DNA from: Octopus vulgaris
Lineage: Eukaryota
Assembly (NCBI GenBank): GCA_951406725.2
Contig: OX597814.1
Span: 22,940,001-23,004,000 of the forward strand
Direction: 5' to 3'
DNA: 64,000 nucleotides
Below the pieces are notes generated by a model. That model was not told the DNA's origin, made no database searches, and worked only from the letters and a program-made list of their open reading frames with translations. Numbering within the stretch: position 1 is the first letter of the stretch; each line of letters starts with the position of its first letter. A program made the position numbers and the translations under genes. This document shows positions 47,385-61,271 of this stretch, piece by piece.

Positions 47385-49080
47385 ATATATATATATATAT
47401 AATTCACTTTGTGTGCGTGTGTGTGTGTATGTTTGTGTGTGTGTGTATCCTCTATGAACGGCCAAACCGCTGGATCAATCTGTACCAAATTTGGCATGAA
47501 GGTTTTTCATTACTCGAGGAAGGTTCTAGGGGTGTGGGGGTAAATTTTGGCCCTTGCCCATATTGGGGGCTGTAGCTCCCCTATACGACCTTTCCGATTA
47601 TTTTTAGCGGTATAATATTGTTTCACGTTTATTCTTTCACTTTTGATAAGACCTTAATACTGTTTATACTACATACATACAACTGCTTAAAAATAGAGAT
47701 TAACGTACAATTTTTTCTATGTTCATAATTTTTTGTTTACAATAGTGAAAGATGCCACCAAAGAAAGGATGTAATATCTCCAGAAACAAGTATAAAGCAA
47801 GGAAGATTGAAGAAAACCAAAGGCGAGAGTCTCAAGAGATAAAGGAGATAGGACTTTCTCAAGATCAGCAAATGCATGCTGCAGCACATCAAATATAGTC
47901 TGAAGAGAGAAAGAGAGATGTGACTTTCCCAAGATCAGCAAATGCATGCTGCAGCACGTCAAACGGAGTCTAAATACTGAATGGAGATGAAACTTTCCCA
48001 AGATCAGCAAATGCATGCTGCAGCACGTCAAATGGAGTCTAAATACTGAATGGAGATGAAACTTTCCCAAGATCAGCAAATACATGCTGCAGCATGTCAA
48101 ATGGAGTCTCAAGACAAGCGAGATCAGCAAACGCTTGCTGTAGCACATCAGATGGAGTTTCAATACAGAAGGGAGATGAAACTTTCCCAAGATCAGCAAA
48201 TATATGCTGCAGCATGTCAAATGGAGTCTCAAGACAAGCGAGATCAGCAAACGCTTGCTGTAGCACATCAGATGGAGTTTCAATACAGAAGGGAGATGAA
48301 ACTTTCCTAAGATCAGCAAATACATGCTGCAGCACATCAAATGGAATCTCAAGACAGATGGGTGATGACACTTTCTCAAGATCAGCAAACGCATGCCGTA
48401 GCACGTCAGATGGAGTTTCAATACAGAAGGGAGATGAGACTTAACTAAAATTTCCAAATGAAACTAATGGCATGCGCTGCTCAGACGGTAAGATTGTCAG
48501 CTCTACCAGCTCCTCCTCAACCCCCTATAGATCTTCTGGAAAGCACTTCCATCCAGTCAAAGGATTTTCTGAAGATTATCAGACAATACGACTCTGCATT
48601 TCAACTGACATCGTTTGGTACATCTAAGGAGATAGTTGAACATGGATTTACGCCAACGTTCAAAGTTCAAGAGCAAGTCTATCGCCCTATTGTTTCCTTG
48701 TTACCCACAAATGAACAACCACACTTCATCCAAATTTACTTCGTGAGTGATGTAGGACAACAAACCCGAAGGAGGTGTCAAAACTTCAGACGATGGGTCG
48801 TGTTAGACGCAGCACCGACTGCTGCAAAGGAGAGTATATCCACTGACAGCTTTCCAGTGCGTTCAGAAATCACGTACTCCCCACCAAATTTCCACGACAG
48901 GTTAGGGTCTGGAATACTCCAAACAGAAGCATGACATGTCACTTAGTCGAATTAGCCCATCATTTACACCACAAATGTTTTGTCATCAATGCTACAGTTT
49001 CCCGTATCACCTGTTTCAACTGTAATATATATACAAACTATGCCATTTTAATCCAAAGCATCACCGGGTATCTCTGCTAG
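47385..49080 (+). mobile_element. Internally deleted Helitron retaining the Rep N-terminal region
   Basis: Tandem repeats of about 69 and 54 bp at 47850-48440, then IRQYDSAFQLTSFG..GFTPTFKVQEQVY..SLLP..FIQIYF. The 3' end GGTATCTCTGCTAG|T at 49080 is identical to the end at 2333-2346. Confidence 0.8.
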
Positions 49081-49138
49081 TATATATATATATGTGTGTG
49101 TGTGCGCGCGCGCGCCTAATGCGTGTATGTGTATATAT

Positions 49139-49372
49139 ATTTCTTTACTACCCACAAGGGGCTAAACACAGAGGAGACACACAAGGACAGACAAAGGGAT
49201 TAAGTCGATTACATCGACCCCAGTGCGCAACTGGTACTTAATTTATCGACCCCGGAAGGATGAAAGGCAAAGTCGACCTCGGCGGAATTTGAACTCGGAA
49301 CGTAACGGCAGACGAAATACGGCAACGCATTTCGCCCGGCGTGCTTAACGTTTCTGCCAGCTCGCCGCCTTT
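49139..49372 (-). mobile_element. SINE family A with TSD
   Basis: GTGTATGTGTATATAT is duplicated on both sides. Confidence 0.9.
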
Positions 49373-49750
49373 CCTTGTGTATGTGTATATATTTGAGTGT
49401 GTCATGTAGATAATTTGCATCTATACTTTATATAAATGCTTTACATATGCCACTTACTTTCACATATGTTAAATATAAAGGAGATGAGCATGGAAGCATA
49501 GATGCAGTCGATCGGGAATTCGTATCTGATGACAGTAAAAGAAACATCTAAAATGAAAGCAGACCTACTAAAATAAAATCTACAATCTCAGGAATCTACA
49601 TGTAACAGACAAGACACTAGTAAGACTCTTTAAAAATTTTTAATGGTAAATTATTCTCGAGCCTACATGTCATTTAAACACTCACAACGCCCGGTCTGGG
49701 AATCGAAACCGCGAGTCCGCTGCCCTAACCACTGGGCCATTGCGCCTCCA

Positions 49751-50160
<410 letters not shown>

Positions 50161-51624
50161 ATATATATATATATATATACATATACATAAATATATGTGC
50201 CTATGTACACACACGCACACGCATATGAAATCCAGATCCAAAGATCCGAAATTTTCAGCAAATGCAAATATATGGACAAATTTCTTTTGGCGTATAAGAG
50301 GACACCATCCTCTCGGATTGAGCAGCTGTATCGTAGACTTTGGCCCTCCCCTCCGTTGATTCATTCAACAATAAATATCTTTATTACGGCTTTATGAGAA
50401 AATGGCACGTAATTCTTATTTTCTTTTCTTATTCCCTTTTTCTTACCCTTCCACCTTTTGCATCCACCTTCTTGTCATTTCTCCTCATGATCTCTCTTTT
50501 TCTAGCGTCCTGATTTGTAAATTGTAGAGGCCATGTGCTCAGAGCACGTATTTTGGGTTGACATGAGTTAATTTAGTGAAATCGCGAGACTTTGACGTAT
50601 GACAGATCTCTACCACCTGAAGACTTCCGAAATTAGACAAACATAATACTGTGTCTTGAAATCATTGGTTAAACAGTTTCAGCATCCCTAATCAGGGGGC
50701 GTTTTACAGAATTAATCAAGTTTTCGAGGACTTGATCAGGAATGCCAATACTCCTAAAGCCTTTATTCAAACTGGTATAAATATGTTCTTATGACTGATC
50801 CGTAGCAAAGCGCATCACACACTGACTACTTTTTTAAATAACTGTACAGACTTCAAGAAGAGAATAAGATCTAACTTTTCCCCAGACAGATTGCAGCCAG
50901 CCTGTAGCTGCCTCAAGCACAGGTTCAACTAGAAGAACAGGTTCAGCCTGCAATATTATTATTTATTGTAATGACAAATTCAAATATAGCTTTAGATCAG
51001 CTATAGGATATTGCTATCTGTTGTAAATTTGGAAAATATTTCTAATTAAGACTGCACATAATCAGACTTAAAAAGTTATAATTAAGATTGAGTAATCTTT
51101 GAACTTCAATAACATAATTGTTATATTAATCAGGCAATTTGGCTTTGATTTTTACTCGATGCCTTCATATGACTTTTCGAATTGCGTGATATTTGATGAG
51201 AAATTGACAGTAAAATGAAGTATGTATACGAGTTTTGGTTATTATTCTAGAATCTTGTCAAAAGACAGTTGTGATTGTTAGTTGTCAAACCAGGACTTAT
51301 ATAGTGCCATATACATGTCTAGTGAAATGGAAGAGAATTTGTTTTCAATAAAATAAGATTAAGAGAGTGCATATAGAAATTATGCCCAAATAAACTGACT
51401 AGTAATTTGATTACAATCAACTTGTATTTACGACAGTGGACGTTGTTTAGTCAGAGGTAAACCTTAAACAAAGCAGTCCTATAATGAAAAGCAAACCAGT
51501 GTAGATATTTTCTTTTATTCTGATGCATAAATTTAACGAGAAAATTGATAATAATTGTTTTTTAAAAATCGATGAATTTTAGCACGAGGGAAATGGAAAG
51601 GTATTAATATTTAGGGAAGAGAGA

Positions 51625-51856
51625 AGGTGGCGAGCTGGCAGAAACGGTAGCACGCCGGGCGAAATGCATAGCCGTATTTCGTCTGCCGTTACGTTCTGAG
51701 TTCAAATTCCGCCGAGGTCGACTTTGCCTTTCATCCTTTTGGGGTCGATAAATTAAGTACCAGTTACGCACTGGGGTCGATGGAATCGACTTAATCCCTT
51801 TGTCTGTCCTTGTTTGTTCCCTCTATGTTTAGCCCCTTGTGGGTAGTAAAGAAATA
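51625..51856 (+). mobile_element. SINE family A with 19-bp TSD
   Basis: TSD AATATTTAGGGAAGAGAGA at 51606-51624 and 51857-51875. Confidence 0.93.
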
Positions 51857-53127
51857 AATATTTAGGGAAGAGAGATAGTCCCAAGTAAAAGACTCTAAGA
51901 GTTGGAATACAAAAATCATAGTAATATACAAAGTTAATAATGTTTGTTATTAAAAGGAAGGTTATGCTGCAGTATATGTTGGAGATGCGTAGTTAGCTGA
52001 AAAGTCAGGCATGTGTTAAGAGGAAAGTCACTAGCTGTAGAGTTTGGGAATGTGTGCACATACGTATCTATCAGCCTACCAACTTCATTCTTATTCGCCT
52101 CATCTTACACACTATGACTCTGCTTCTCCAATAAGCTGTCCTTCGTGAATTTTTCAAATTTGACCCAGTCCCTTTCTAAACTTAATCTTTGCTTGCACAA
52201 GCTTCAGATTTGTAGTTATTTTACTCTAGTCATACCCAGTCTGGAAGGTTCACTTACTCCTCTTGTTGTGAAAAGAGTTTTTAAAAAATTATTATATCAT
52301 AACAAATGTGTGAAATATTATCCTCTCTCATATCACTAACCGCTTATTTTCCCTCCAGTTCATTCCCATATTCTTTCTAAACTCCTCACTTGCAGAGATG
52401 TAATCACATTACTTGGCCCTTCTGCTCAAATACTAAAAGTACTGGTATTACTGGTATCACCTGTACTCAGGCACTGACCAATACACACCTCGACTTTGTT
52501 GCTGTATATTCTTCCTCTCTGCGTATGTCTTTTCTATTCTACTTTATGCAGAAACCACACAAATACACGCTCACTTCCTATATCACTATTGCCATGACTC
52601 TTTGATAACAGCACACAAATCTATTTTCATTTACTATTTCTATCTTGATAAAAAGGCTCAAGCCATCGGCTTTACCATTTTCACTTTTTCCATAAAATTA
52701 CATGTTACGGGTGCAAACTCGTTATAAATTTCACAATTCTGGATTTTAATTTAATATAATTGGTACTGAATAATCCAGATATGTCGTTCCTAAGATTTGC
52801 GAAAAACTTGGCGGCTATCTTTAGCAAATTGAGTAATATTATCGATACTCTACCGTTAGCTCGTTATTTATTATAATTATTAACAATTTCGTACTCGATC
52901 GCCGACGTGCCCCAAAGTTAATATCTTTGGGTACTATTAGCATTAAAAATGAAATTAACTGGGCATGTTGATGTGATATTATTGTTCATGGACCCAAAAT
53001 TCTAACTGCTACTACTAAATGGCTTGGTTCGAAAGCTTTAAAACTTTGAAATGATGTTTTAATAATAATGTTTTGATGTGGTCACTTCTACAGAAAGGTC
53101 AGCGTATTGCTTTTTATAACAGGCACA

Positions 53128-54145
53128 TACAAGGTAGTATCAAAAGCTTCACGGACTAGTTATGTTCAATAACAAATCACTTATTCACCTAAGTTTTAAC
53201 ATTATCTCCTTGAAAATAGTTACCTTGCGTAGCAATACACCAGTCCCAGCGTTCCTGCCACTTTTGGAATTCAGCCTGGAAATCGTTTTCCGTAAGCGCG
53301 TCGAGGACGTTTTGCGATTCGCTCTTGATCTCGACAACGTTGTTAAAACGGCAACCTTTGAGCTGCATTTTCATCTTGGGGAAGAAATGGAAGCCTGCAA
53401 GAGCTAAATCCGGCAAATAGGACAGGGGCAGAAGCAATACCTTGTTGTTTTTGGCGAGAAGCTCACGAGTAAGGAGACCTCGGTGAATAATCCAATACTT
53501 CTCGCTCCACAGATTCGGTCGCTTTCGCCGAATGTCCTTCCTCAAACACTTCAAAACCTCACAGTAGAACTCTCGATTGACGGTATGGCCCTGAGGGACG
53601 AATTCTCGATGCACAATATCTATTTCTTTACTACCCACAAGGGGCTACACACAGAGAGGACAAACAAGGACAGACAAACGGATTAAGTCAATTATATCGA
53701 CCCCAGTGCGTAACTGGTATTTATTTAATCGATCCCGAAAGAATGAAAGACAAAGTCGACCTCGGCGGAGTTTGAACTCAGAACGTAGCGGCAGACGAAA
53801 TACCTATTTCTATTTCTTTACTACCCACAAGGGGCTACACACAGAGGGGACAAACAAGGAGAGAGAAACGGATTAAGTCGATTAAATCGACCCCAGTGCG
53901 TAACTGGTACTTAATTTATCGACCCCGAAAGGATGAAAGGCAAAGTCGACCTCGGCAGAATTTGAACTCAGAACGTAGCGGCAGACGAAATACCACTAAG
54001 CATTTCGCCTGGCGTGCTAACGATTCTGCCAGCTCGCCGCCTTTCGATGCACAATACCACATTTCCGGGGGTGACGCTCGTAGTAGGTCTTCCAGATTGA
54101 CCATCATCTTCCAGTGACGTTCTATGGTTTTTAAAGTACAAGTCT
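53128..54145 (-). mobile_element. Mariner transposon, internally deleted, interrupted by a SINE dimer
   Basis: IVHREFVPQGHTVN..YLPDLA..FHFFPKMK..LKG.RF..WQERWDWCIATQGNYFQGD, with the N-terminal piece TSLEDDGQSGRPTTS fused to it. TA-CAAGGTAGTATCAAAA terminus at 53128. Confidence 0.9.
53619..54043 (-). mobile_element. SINE family A tandem dimer with 13-bp TSD
   Basis: TSD TCGATGCACAATA at 53606-53618 and 54044-54056 encloses both units. Confidence 0.92.
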
Positions 54146-55749
54146 TGCCAAGGCCAACTCTGTTTTTCATCCATCCGGGGACCGTTAAAATAAAATACCA
54201 GTTAAGTACTGCGGTCGATATAATCAATTAATCCTCTACCCTCAAAATTGTTCGCCTTGTGCCTAAATCATCATCGTCGTCGTCGTCGTCGTCATCTCGA
54301 AACAAATAAACAATAAGGCTTCTCAAGTCGCGAGGACAATTAGCTCTTCCAACAACCAACATAAAATAAATTTCCCACTAATACCTGTTACAAGAAAATG
54401 TATTAATAGCAATGGCAACGTAAACAACAACAAAAACAAACAAAAAAGCACAAATAAAGAGAGAAGTGAATGCAACATTACAACTGTCAATACCGACTGA
54501 AACAGCAACAACAAGAAAAACTGAAAACAAAAATTAACATGAGAAACAAAGAAAATTTAAATTGTCGCTTTAACACACCTTCTAATTTCACCTTCGCCAT
54601 CACTACTATTAAAGCCAATACAATATAAATGAGAATGAAGTCATTACGATTAGCAGAACCAGTGTTATGTGTTTGCTAATACCGTACGGCAGGAAAAAAG
54701 CAATTTTATCTACTGTAGACTTAAAAAAATACTAAATAACAACTTCCTTATAAGGTCTGGGCGAAATATAAAACTAAATATCCTAGAATCATTCCGGTAA
54801 GAAACTGACAAAGCAATCAAAACCTGGAAAACAGAGAAAGCGACATGGCAGAAACATGCCTCAGACCAATCTGGAGAAACATGGAGAAAATGTTCGACAC
54901 GATAGAAGTGAGTTTGAACGCATTTGATCTGGGGTCACAATGGAAGCAGGGCCACCTGCTCAACGGCTATAAATTACTTGATGTGAATATAGCGGCCAGA
55001 ATTCCGACCTACCAGCCTTCGCACCCATTTGTGGTTGATACAAGGTGTACACATCACAAAGTCGACCAGGACTGGGATTTTGAGTGGTTGTGTTGTTTCG
55101 GAAGGTTTTGGATTTCACGATACGGATAGTCTCCTTGGATCCAGAGGATAAGATAGGAGTCCTGGCTGTGAATAACAGCGTTGGCAGTGTGCCCTCAGAT
55201 TAGTAACTGTCTATGACCCGACAGACATGGGGCAACAAGATTTCTTCAGGCCTTTAATGTTTTACTAGGAATTTCCTATCTTTAATGTTAGAAGGCGATT
55301 GGAACACTATCTTTGTTGTACATTTGTATTGTGTGGAGCTATCCAATAGTAGATGGGGGTATAAACCTCTTTTGTAGGCCTCTGGATTGGAGATAGCATA
55401 GGTTGTACACAATTTAATATTATGGGATGCACAGGCCATGAATATGAGATCTTTACTGTCGATGTAGATAGGCTTTGTAGGTAGCGATCTGATTACTGGA
55501 AGCTAAGTACGTAGGTCCCGTCGCGCAAAGCTTACAGAGACCGGATAAGCGGGTGTTGACGTATACAGTCGTCAACATCAAATGGTGGTTCGTTCTAAAA
55601 AAAGGGCGATTAGAGTAGAACTGATAAGGTTTAGTAATATGGTAGCGATAGAGAACAATAGTATAGATTAAGAACTAGGATAACACAAGTGTATCGCAAC
55701 TTACGTACTTGCGATAACATTGGCCCTTGACCAATTCTTCAATGTGAAG

Positions 55750-56900
55750 CATGAAGGCGGCGTTGTCAGAGCTAAGGCATATGTTTAAAGGCACGACAGG
55801 ATGACAGAGGCACAAAGCAACAACAAAACCAGAAATCGGTCTTTTGTGAATATGATGGGTGTGTTACTTGACACTAAGCAGATGTGTGCGGCCTTTCAGC
55901 AGCACTTTGCTCGGCTGCCCTAGATCTGTGGTGGGCCAGAACACAGTAAAGTTTCCAATGCCTTCCTCAACGGCCTACTGCAGCTCTTGGTAAGACGCGG
56001 AGTGCTGTTAAAAGCTAATAACAGCTTTTTAAATAAAGGAAGCAATAATTGGCCGCGCAGTGAACAATCACAGTTTGCATGATCTACCTACGGGCTTTAC
56101 TTTTATATACCAAACTTGCTTGGTGACCTCTTGGCAGATAACTACCGCAACTGACAATAGAACGGAAGAATTCCCAGTTCCGTGAGCTGAGAGAGCATCC
56201 AGACAAGGGGGATTCTATTGATAATTTTCTACTCAAAATAACTCTGTCAAATACAGATTTCCAAATCCTGTCCAATGTGTTAGCCAAAACGTTGGCGCTT
56301 GTTGATGGTCGAGTTTGTGACATACAAACATGCGTCATCCTGAACAGATCTATTCACGAGAACTTTCACCTCATACTATACATCAAACAGTGTGTGATAA
56401 GGAATCTGGCATAGATGATGCCTTGATCAACTTGGGTTAATCAAAATCGTTCGATAAATTTGGCCATAAAACCTTGGCAGCTCTTCTCAAAGCAGCCGTC
56501 TTCTGCAGTTGGATAACAGCAATGTACAGCGACTTCTGCTCGAAGGCTGGTGTAAATGGCCACCTATTATAACCTTTCGACATTACGTGCTTGTTCAGTC
56601 AAGATTATCCCTTTTGTATGTGCTTACTCTTAAACCGCTACTGCAGAAGCAAGAGATGCCGAGGGATATCTCGTGTGAACTAGGATTTGGAAATCTGTGT
56701 CGGAATAAGTAAACAACGTAACCGTCATTGTGTCAGACAACAAACCCATCGAATTGATTGGGATTGCTTAAAGGGACTATAACGCGGTGACAGGAGCAAA
56801 AATCAACCACCAAAGTCGGCATCTAGAGAGGTAGGTCCTTCTTGTGGATATCATTGAAAATGGTTTTAGCAAAATGAGCACCATGAGAAAGTAGTGTTTT
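55750..56900 (+). mobile_element. Tx1/L1-type LINE RT remnant, heavily decayed
   Basis: ITLSNTDFQILSNVLAKTL..QTCVILNRSIHENFHL..ALINLG*SKSFDK..LSLLYVLTLKPLL. It may extend upstream to about 54840. Confidence 0.7.
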
Positions 56901-57760
56901 GTGAGCTGTTCAGGACAGGAGTTGATGATGAGAAGGATATCGTTCTCACTGATATGATTCAATCAATATTTTCTATCACAACATGGAAGTTTATAGGCAT
57001 TCTTATCTCTTTTGTGGATCAAGTTCTTAGCAGCTATCCCCAGTTCTGAATAGAAAAGTCATAAATGTGATGTAGCCATCACAGGTCTAGGAGTGGCTGC
57101 TGTCTCTCTCAATATTGTTGGTGTTCTCTAGCTTGCAGGGTATGTACCAAGGCATAATCTCTTAATCTATTGTTCTTTTTATTGTTAAGTACACATGTGT
57201 TATAGTAGTTTCTCACTTAACTGTTCTTTCTATATTGTTTAAGTGGTACGATGTGGTACACAAATTCCATCTAGACTGATCTTTTCCATCCTTTCGTTTA
57301 CCATAGATCCTGTTAGGGTCACTGTTGATGTAAACGGTACCAGCTGTTGTTAGTATCATCCTAGTCCTGGTCTCCAAGTTGTAAGTCTCATCAAGTGCAG
57401 TCCAGTACATCAAATATTGGTACTGGAATTGCGAAAGTATCGTGGAATAGTATCTTACTGAACTCGGACAGCTTTGAATTTTATGACTCTCAAAGTCTGC
57501 TGAAGTATTCTTTTGTCACTCAAGTTTCACTCAGAGGACCGAAGTATGCAGTATTCTTGTCAAGTCCAAGATACTTGTAACATTCATTGAAGGCAGGGGA
57601 GATAGACAGGCCATTGGCATCAATATTCTTTGTCTGATCAACAATCTGTTTTCGATTGGCTAGCAGATAAGAACACTCATCCTCACCAAACTACATATGT
57701 GTGCCCTGGGAAACTGCTGTAACTTCTTCTGTCTCTTGATGTCATTAACTTTACTTGAAT
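56900..57760 (-). mobile_element. Dong/R4-type LINE fragment (RT C-terminal region)
   Basis: YKYLGLD..VTKEYFSRL..LETRTRMILT..NSDPNRIYGKRKDG resembles the same region of the other Dong copies. Confidence 0.6.
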
Positions 57761-59645
57761 AAAGTATGAGATTATTAACAGAAGAGATATATATACCAGT
57801 GTATGTATATGTGTGTTTATGCATGCGTGTTTGTGTGTTTAATATCATCTTGTCCGTGTGATTAGAAATAACTGTCCGGGTTTGAAAAAAATTCGGCTAG
57901 CTCGTGCTAACATAAAAGAGGCTAAAAGAAGATGAAGTTAAATATAAGCCTAATTTCCCTATTATTAGCCATTAATCATAATAGTGTTGAATTTATGATC
58001 AACTTCAATCACATGATGATAACTTCTATCTGTTTCGTTGTGAATTATGAAACAGCCATGATAAATGCTTTGTGTGAAGAATAGCTTCTATTACAGATAT
58101 TAGTTTTTCATGGTAACAAATTTCCTCACGAAACTTTTTATTGATATGTTTTTATTGGGAAAGAGTCTTTATTTTACGTTGTGTTTTCTCATCAATTTCT
58201 AAATCTCCTGTTTCATTTATATTAATTCCTCAAGTTACCAAAATGTTTGCCAAAATTCTACAGCTGATCTCCATTGAAAAATCACAAAGAAATAAACACA
58301 ACATAAATATTAGCTTACGTGCTTATTGATTGTTTTCTACTGCGACCTGAAATGCCGACTACAACCATAACTATCTCTAAATACACAGCAAATATCTGGA
58401 ATAATACTGAAAGTCACTGAGTTTTCAAAGAAGAATGGTTGAAATATATATTGGTTATTTAGAGACATGCCGGAATTGAAGTAGATTTCATGACGCAACT
58501 AAATGGCTTTGTCAACATAGTATTTAATTAGAATAATTTCTATCTTCCACCAAATGCGTCTCTTTGCAATCACTAATCTGATAACTGAATTGAAAATTCA
58601 ATTTTACTTTTCATCGCTATCTTGATTGTTTTGTTTAAGCAGAAATTTAGTTACTCTTTGAAGATCTATTTTATTTGGCGACAGAAATCTTTTCATTGAA
58701 CTTGTTGATACACGTGTTTCATTTTCTCCAATATTTACTTTGCCCAACATGTACACAGTCAGTATTTCTGTCCATTGCCATTCGCAGGCATAATTTAATT
58801 TCCTTCTTGCAACAATCAATAAACACTATCTACGTCTATCAATTCTATCTCATTATTTTTTCTTCTCAATATGACTCTGTGTTTTATTTGTCGTTGCCAA
58901 GGAATACCAAAAGTATACTTGATAAAAGAGTTTCCTGTTATCACAAAAAACTGAAATACTATATTTTAATCAATATTTTTATGACGATTTCTTCAAAACT
59001 TTTCTTTTATTGCAAACTGATCAAGACCTGTTTGAGTTTGTTTAGCAACATATATTCTGATCAGATACAGAAAAAATAAACAACATAGCTGACTAGAATA
59101 TTAAGATGACACATATCTAATCTCTTATTTACTTTTTCAAGTGAACACGGCATCATGTATATCGTGTGTTATCACTATAACACCTTATTTGTGGTTTCAA
59201 GATATTTTCTGTCTATTTGTTTCAGATATTCCAATGAAAAGAATAAATACGATGCATGACTATCATGAGATAATTACATCAACGATTATGTATTTAAAAC
59301 ATTAAGATTTTCACTCTAATTTTTATTGAGATGGTTTGAAAAGGAAATGGTTGAGGCTGAAAATTTGACTACTTAATTTTAGACGTTTTAGATAGCATAC
59401 TATTACAACCTTTACTAGTAAGAATCTGTTGCTTCACACGAGGTCTATGAACTGCTTCGGATTTTCACCAGGATATACTTACTTCTTTGTACGTTAACAT
59501 AAACTTGAGTAGATTCAATAAGCTATACACATTCCTTGTGTTGTATCAACTTAGAATTATTGATATTTTCTGACTCATTCAATTGTTTAAAAGTTTACTC
59601 TGAAATTTCCCTATGATTTTCGAGTAATGAGCTGATGGTATCGAC

Positions 59646-59688
<43 letters not shown>

Positions 59689-59710
59689 GTTGTTGTTGTT
59701 GTTGTTGTTG

Positions 59711-61185
59711 TTGTTTTCTCTTTATCATAGGTTTTGTTGGAGCTCCTGGAGTCTTGCGTGCGTAGCGGGCTTACTACCTGCAGCCTACAATACCATGCTA
59801 TTCGTTCTTTTCAGCTATCTAATACTTTTCTCATTATTCTGGGCATGCCAAGGAGGCAAACCTTTTGTAACAGTTCTACGGGGAACTCTATTCCAATTTC
59901 CTTTATATTCCCCTTGATGGCTTCTAATGTTGTTCTCAAGGACCCAACAATAGTTGGCACTCTCTTCACCCTCTTCATTTTCCATAGCCGCGCTACTTCG
60001 TACTTCAGAGGGTTGTATCTATCTATCTTTTCGCCTTCCTTCTTGACTATTCGTAGGTCAAATAGCAATGCAGCATCAACTATATAGCATATGTCGTGCA
60101 CCTTGTCAACCAGCACTAGGTCCGGTCTGTTATGTTCTATTTGGATTGGGAAATCCCAGAGGACCTTGCTAGTCACCGACACCGTCACTCTCTGTGGTTT
60201 GAGCTCATACCAAGACTTGCCTCTCTCTAGCCCCCACTTTTCGCACAGTTTCCAATGTAGCACTTTCGCTACCTGATCGTGTCGCCACAACTTTCAGTAG
60301 TTTGAAGCACGTCTAGCGCATTCGTTCGTGATACGGGCAATGGTTTCATCCACTATATTGCAGATGCTGCACAGCGGAGACACTTGCTCATTCCTAAGGT
60401 TGACCTTCCAGTTCGTAGCCAAGGCTTGGTCTTGGGCTGCCAGTATCGTGCTCTAGGTTTCTTTTTTAATGTTCCTTTCATCAGTCAATCCCACCTACAC
60501 CTAATTTTCCCAGCATCTTCTGTTGTGGCTACATGGAATTGATAATATAGTCTCTTGCTTAATTCTTCTTCATGTCCTTTTTGTACTTCTTCCTTTGTTT
60601 TCCCTTTCTTCTCTGCTCTCAATACTCCCTCGTCACTAGCAAGGATTCCTTTCTTTGGGTTAGGTATCTCATTAAGCTCTCGAGTTCGATGCGTACGCAG
60701 TCTTCCAGACTTAGTCGTCTTCCTCCATTTGCTCTCTTCATGTACAGGCGATCAGTGTCTGAACGTAGATGATGGGCTTCATGAATCGTTAGGAACTTTC
60801 TTGATTTTCTGTCCATCTCATCTAGCTCCTCCTCTATCCACTTCCAGATGCTTGCTCAATCTTTGCGATATTATTGCTGTAAAGGCTTTGTAAATTGTAG
60901 GGAGAGAGGTTATTGGTCTGTAGTTATGTGAGTTTGCCGTTTCAGTGGATTTGGGAATTAGGATAGCTTTCCCTTTCATGAGCCATTCAAGCATTGTCTC
61001 TGGCTCTGCTAATATGTCGTTAAAGTTTACAGCCAGCTTTTTGTGTGTTCGTGTCAGATATTTTAACCAGAAGTTGGGGATCTTGTCGTGGTCAGGTACC
61101 TTCCAGTTGCTTAGTCTTTGCAGTGCCTGGGTGACCTCTTCAGTTGTTATAGGTGTCCAGAGTTGTTCAGGTGCTAAGTTCGTTG

Positions 61186-61187
<2 letters not shown>
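59711..61187 (-). mobile_element. Dong/R4 LINE, internally deleted, between (TAA)n arrays
   Basis: RT N-terminal NWKVPDHDKIPNFWLK..NYRPITSLPTIYK is joined near 60840 to MDRKSRKFLT..RLYMKRANGGR. Endonuclease RHDQVAK..LWDFPIQ..NRPDLV..LLQKVCLLG. Confidence 0.88.
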
Positions 61188-61266
<79 letters not shown>

Positions 61267-61271
61267 CATCA

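Noticed and set aside
47850-48440. CRISPR-like regularly spaced repeats
   Set aside because: The spacers are themselves repeated, the context is a eukaryotic Helitron, and there are no cas genes.
50608-50672. CTGAAGA followed by GAAA motifs
   Set aside because: I could not build stems I and III in register with a UH site.
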